Below are positions 58,093 to 64,000 of a stretch of 64,000 nucleotides of DNA, piece by piece. The first letter of the stretch is position 1, and each line of letters begins with the position of its first letter. The stretch lies in assembly GCF_009914755.1 (NCBI RefSeq), contig NC_060928.1. One strand, given 5' to 3'. This DNA is from the human T2T-CHM13v2.0 reference genome, Homo sapiens. Position numbers and translations under genes: made by a program. Under the pieces are notes generated by a model. It saw nothing but the letters and a program-made list of their open reading frames with translations, did not search any database and was not told where the DNA came from.

Positions 58093-59984
58093 TACTTCAA
58101 TCTCAGTTTTTATTGGTCTCTTCAGTTTTTCTGTTTCTTCGTGGTTCAATCCTGGTAAGTTGTACTTGTCCAGGAATTTGTCAGTTTCTTCAGGTTTTCC
58201 AATTTGTTGGCACGTAATTGTTCATAATATTAGCTAATAATTATTTGTATTTTTGTGATACCAGTTGTAATGTTTCCCTTTTCTTGTCTCTGATTTTATT
58301 CGGGCATTTTCTTTTGTTTTCTAATTAATGGTAACTATCTAAATGTATGTCAATTTTGTTTATCTTTTCAAATAATCAAGTTTTTGTTTGGTTGATCTTC
58401 CATGTTGTTCTTTTAGTCTCAATTTTATGTATTTCTTCTGTGATCTTTATTATTTCTTCCCTCCTATTAATTTTGTGTTTGATTTATTCTTGCTTTTCTA
58501 CTTCTAAAAGGTGAATTGTTAGGTTATTGGAAGTCTTTCTACTTTTTTGATGTAGATGTTTATTGCTAAAACCTTCCAAGAACTGTTTTTGCTTGTTTTG
58601 ATATACTGTGTTTCCATTTTCATTTGTCTCAAATAATTTTTAAAATTTCTTTCCTAAATTTATTTAATGGCCCATTTGTTGCTCAGAAGCAGGTTGTTTA
58701 ATTTCAATAAATTTATACAGTTTCCAATATTCCTTCAGCAATTGGTTTATAGTTTTATTCAATTATTGTCAGAAAAGATAATTGATAAGATTTTGATTTT
58801 TAAACATTTTTTAAGACTTGTTTTGTTACCTCATAGATGGTCTAAATGTTCCATGTGCTGATAAGAAAATGTGTATTCTGCAGCTGTTGGGTGAAATGTT
58901 CTGCAAATGTCTGTTAGGTCATTTGGCCCATGATACAGTTTGACTTTTCTTTGTTGATTTGCTGTCTAGATGATTTACCCATTAATGAAAGTGGGGTATT
59001 GAAGTCCCTCCCTTAGTATTATTGTATTGCAGTCAAATTCTCTCTTTATGTCTATCAGCATTTGTTTTACATTTTTTGGGTGATTTGGGGTTGAGTGCAA
59101 TATATTCATAATTGTTATAAGTTCTTGCTATACTGACCCCTTTATCATTATGTAATGGCTTTCCTTGTCTTTTTTTATTTTACTTTTATCTTTCTTTACT
59201 TAAAGTCTCTTTTGTCTGATATGGTTATAGCTACTCTTGCTCTTTTTTGGTTTCCTTGTATGGAGCTACTTTTTTTTTAACCCTTTCATTTTCAGGCTGA
59301 GTGTTTCCTTGCAGGTGAAGTGTGTTTCTTGCAGGTAGCATATAGTTGAGTTTGGTTCTTACAGATCTATTCAGTCCCTCTGTTTTCTAATGGGATAATT
59401 TAATCCATTTCCATTTAAGGTTATTATCTATAGGTAAAGGTTTACTGCTACCCTTTTGTTACTTTTTTAAAAAATTGTTTTGAAGATCCTTTCTTTCTTT
59501 TCTGTCTTCTTGTATGGTTAAGTGATTTTCTCTAATATTATGTTTGGTTTCTGTGCTATTTATTTTTAGTGTAATTATTATAGATTTTTGCTTTGTGGTT
59601 ACCATAAGGCTTACAAAAGCATCCTATAGTTGTAACAAGTTATTTTAAACTTATAGTGACATAACTTTGATCTCAAAGAAAATAAAACTCTATAACACAA
59701 TTCCCCTCTCCGTTTGGATGTAGCAATGTTTCAATTTACGGGTTGTTATATTGCCCATCTCTTAACCTATTGTTTTAGTTATTATTGTATTTAAAAGTTT
59801 TTCCTTTTAGTCTTCTCACTTAATATATAAGTAGAAAGACTGGTTGACTTATCGTGAATACAGTATCCATAGTATTTTAACTTTGTTTCTTTACTTTTTT
59901 CAGTGAATTTTATGCCTTCAGATGTTTTATTGTTACAAATTAGTGTACACTTCTTTCAGACGGAAGAACTCCCTTTAGCATTTC

Positions 59985-60403
59985 TTTTTTAAAAATTATT
60001 ATTTATTTATTTTTAAAAATTTTACCTTTCATTTTATATACCAAAGGGTACTTGTACAGGTTTGTTATATGAGAATACTGCATCATGCTAATGTTTGGGA
60101 TACAGATCTCATTACCCAGGTGGTGAGCATAGTACCCAATAGGTAGTTTTTCAACCCATGCCTTCCTCTCTCCTTCCCCCATCTAGAAGTCTACAGCATC
60201 TAGTGTTCCCATATTTATGTCCATGTGTACTAAATCTTTAGCTTCCACTTATAAATAAGAACATGTAGTATTTAGTTTGCTGTTCCCACATTAATTTGCT
60301 TAAGATTATAGCCTCAAGCTGCATCCATGTTGCTGCAAAGGACACAATTTTATTATTTTTTATGGCTTTGTAGTATTCCATAGTGAATATGTACCACATT
60401 TTC
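59985..60403 (-). mobile_element. L1PA15/16-type 3' end nested in the L1MA
   Basis: 'acccaggtggtgagcatagtacccaataggtagtttttcaaccc...gctgcatccatgttgctgcaaaggac'. Confidence 0.8.
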
Positions 60404-62093
60404 TCAGGCAGCTCTGGTGTTGATGAATTACCTCAGTTTTTGCTTATCTAGGAAAGTCTTTATTTCCCTTTCACGGTTGAAAGATAGCTTTGCCAGATAC
60501 AGTTTTGTTGGTTGGCAGAGGGTGTTTGTTTATTTGTTTGTTTGTTTTGTAGTTTTGTTTTCTCCCTTCAGCACTTTGAATATAGCATTTCAGTCTCTCC
60601 TGGCCTACAGCATTTCTGCTGAGAAATTTGCTCAACACCATATTGAGTATCTGTTGAAAGTAAAATGTTTATTTTCTCTTGCTAGTTTGAGTATTTTTTT
60701 CTATGTATTTGAGTTTTGCTAAATTGATTATAACGTGCTTTGGGAAATCCTACTTTTTGTTGAATTTGATTAGTGACTTCTGAGATTCCTGAACCTGGAT
60801 ACTGTCATAATTCTCCTGATTTAAAAACTTTTCAGCAATTATTTTCTTAAATGTGTTTATAAGCCTATTTCTCTCTCATCTTCCCCAAAAATTCCAATTA
60901 TGCGGAGATTAGTTTACTTGATGGTTTCCCATAATTCTTATAGACCTTCTTCACTCTTTTTAAATATTTATTTCTTTTTGCTTCTCTGATTGGGTAATTT
61001 TATATATTCCATCTTTAAGTTCACTAATTCTTTTCTCTTTTTGATCAAGTCTGTTGTGACAGCTCTCTAATGAGTTTTTTGGTTCAGTTATTTTAATTTT
61101 TATTCCTTGGACTTTTAATATTGTTTCTATTTTTTTCAAGTTTCTCATTTTGTTAATTGATTGTTTTTTAATTTTTATTTACTTTCCATATTTCTTTGTG
61201 ATTTTCTAAACTTCTTTAGGGGTTCTCCAGATTTGGAATGGCTGAATTCCCAGCCATTATTTATATAAAGAGAGGAAGAGATTTTTCTGAATGCTCTGTC
61301 AGACATCTCACAGATCTTTATTTATTCTGGATCCATCGATGGAGCCTCCTTGATGCCTTTTGGTAATTTCATATCTACCTGAGTTTTCACCATTCTGATG
61401 TGCTTATGTTGATGCCTGCACATTTGAGGAGACACCCACCTCTTCCAGTTTTTGCAGATGTTCTTTGGTGATGTTAGGGGTTATGTCTTAGTATTAAATT
61501 TAAACACTTGAATGTTGTTTCAATTCCTGGGAAGGACTTATAGTGAATATCGGAACTAAAATACTGTACTGAAACTAAATTATTGCCTGTCATTTTTTTC
61601 TCAGTCTCAGGATGACTTATGTTAAGCTGAGCACTAGATCTTAAATACTGCCCCAAACTGTATTGCTGCCCTGACATTATTTCCCATTCTAGGGAAATTT
61701 TACGGGGACACTAAACCATGTAGTTGTTTATAGGCAAGGGTAAGGCTCTATGCAAGCACCTGGGCTTTGTGGAAACTCCAGCTAGGAATGTAAACCATCC
61801 CTAAAATTGTGCCTCCTGTGTTGCTATGGCTCCTACCAATCTCCTCAACAGGGTGTCATCACTGCCTACAGTACAGAGTAGCCATCGAGATCCATGCACC
61901 AGTCACTGCAATCAGCACGCTGCTTTTTCTTTTCAATTCACCTCAGATGGTTAGGCCTCCTGGCACTCCCATTAGTTTCCACAGGACAGGACTGGAGTAG
62001 ATTTCCTGTAAAGATTTACAGAGCAATCTGAAGATTGTACTTCCACTTTTAATTCCCTCCTCTCACCTCAGAGACCACAGGTCTAGAGAAATT

Positions 62094-62399
<306 letters not shown>

Positions 62400-64000
62400 G
62401 GTCTAGAGAAATTCTCTGTGAGAGGTGTTATGCCAGTTTTGGGGAGAGAGTAGCACACATTAAAATGACCATTTATTTTACTATTCATGGCTTCTGTCAG
62501 TTCTATGAACTTAAAAGCTTTCTTGGCTTCTCCCCTGAGTTCTGGTTTATTCAGAATGATATTTTTGTCTTTAAATAGTTTCTAATTGTATTTTTGTTGG
62601 GGAAGTGATGCCAGGACATTTTCTGTTTCACCATCTTGCTGATATCACTGATGAAACTGCATCAGAAATTTTATACACTATTACTTAAAGGGTAGGATGC
62701 TAAAGGCACTTTGAAAAAATATTAAAATTGGTTTTGTGGAGTAGAAGACATACAGACTCTATAGATCATAATTCCCATTTCAGATATACATCTTGAAGAT
62801 ATTCATTCATGTATAACTCTCTTCATATCTCTCATGCCTTCAATACTTATAAGTATAAAACAGTAATCCTTTTTTGGCACACTTTTAGACCCTGGACAAT
62901 ATTTTATAGTAAAATTTTGGATGCAAGCATATAATATTTTTATTTTGTAGAACGAAGAAGGCATGTCTTCAAAGCGGAGCTCTCAAGAAGTTTTAAAATA
63001 GACTATGTATGGAAGTTTAGAATAAGGAAGAAAAACATTTTGTTAAAATCCGGTGCCTATGAAACACTGAAAATTATTTCATTTATCCAAAATCACTAAA
63101 AATGAGTACTCAAAATTACTCATTTTCACTTTTAAAAATCAATATTCTAGGATAACCCTTTGTTTTTTTAAGCATCCCTTTTCTTCTCTACCAAGATAAA
63201 GTGAACTCCCTGATAATTAGGTTATAATCATTGATTTGTGTATTTAAATTGGGTAGAAACAACCTCTCATAGGTCTGTAAGCACTGAAGAAATCTTAGAT
63301 TTTATCAAGCTAGGTTTACTCATTTAATTCCTAAAGAAAGTACCTTGTGAGGTAACATATATCTAACATATATCTAAAGGGATATATTTATGAACACATA
63401 AAACATTCTTTTCCTCTTTTTCATTATTTTATATTCAAACTTATATAGCTCACAATTTCTTCTCACATCCCAAAACAAATTCTGCCTCTCAAGCAAAACA
63501 GTTTGATCCTCAAACAGAAATGAAGTTATTCATCAAAACCTTGGCACTAAAAAGCTCCCAGAAATCCATAAATGGTAGTTTGTACTCTTACTTCATTCTT
63601 TTTACCATGTTCCCTTTTACTTTTTTCCCCTTACTCAAGAGAAATGGCTGAAGAAATAACTTCTTTGTACACTTTCTGATCCCAGAGTAGATAATATCCT
63701 GCTAATAATATATATGTATTTTATTACTGTTCAATTTATTTTTCAAATTTTCATAGTAATCACATGCAAAGTTTCCTCTATTTTAAATGAAATTTTAATT
63801 TTAATGATTTTTAAAAATGTAACTAATATAGAGATACATACTCTTTATCCTGTGAAACATGGATAGATTTGCCTAAAATTGCCTCTTTTGAAGAAGTTAA
63901 TGACTTCCCTGGATTAACAAAAAATCATGTTCTTGAAATACACTCTGGCCTCAAGTCTCCACAATCACATACGTCATTTTTATTTTGTGGCATATCATTG

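Overview
Human genomic DNA: it contains a human-specific AluYa5, and the only gene matches PABPC4L (recalled as chr4q28.3, not verified). The window is AT-rich, gene-poor and mostly interspersed repeat. The single protein-coding gene is the minus-strand retrogene PABPC4L. Its CDS is intronless and encodes four RRMs with no linker or MLLE domain. It has a CpG-island promoter, a predicted non-coding first exon with a 472-nt intron, and a roughly 3.5-kb AU-rich 3' UTR. About 6 kb upstream lies a full-length, ORF-disrupted L1PA3 with TSDs. That L1 inserted into the integrase gene of a decayed LTR40-type (class III) ERV, which can still be read as protease, RNase H, integrase and env, apparently without RT. 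The rest is Alus, L1PA17/L1PB1/L1M fragments (one with a twin-priming inversion), LTRs, MIR/L2/MER5/MER58 and simple repeats. I see no convincing new biological system. The best leads are the env-bearing class III ERV fossil, a possible L1 antisense-promoter-to-PABPC4L chimeric transcript, the fossil PABPC4 linker after the PABPC4L stop, and a local inverted duplication of a MIR. Old repeat boundaries and subfamily calls were made by eye and are approximate.
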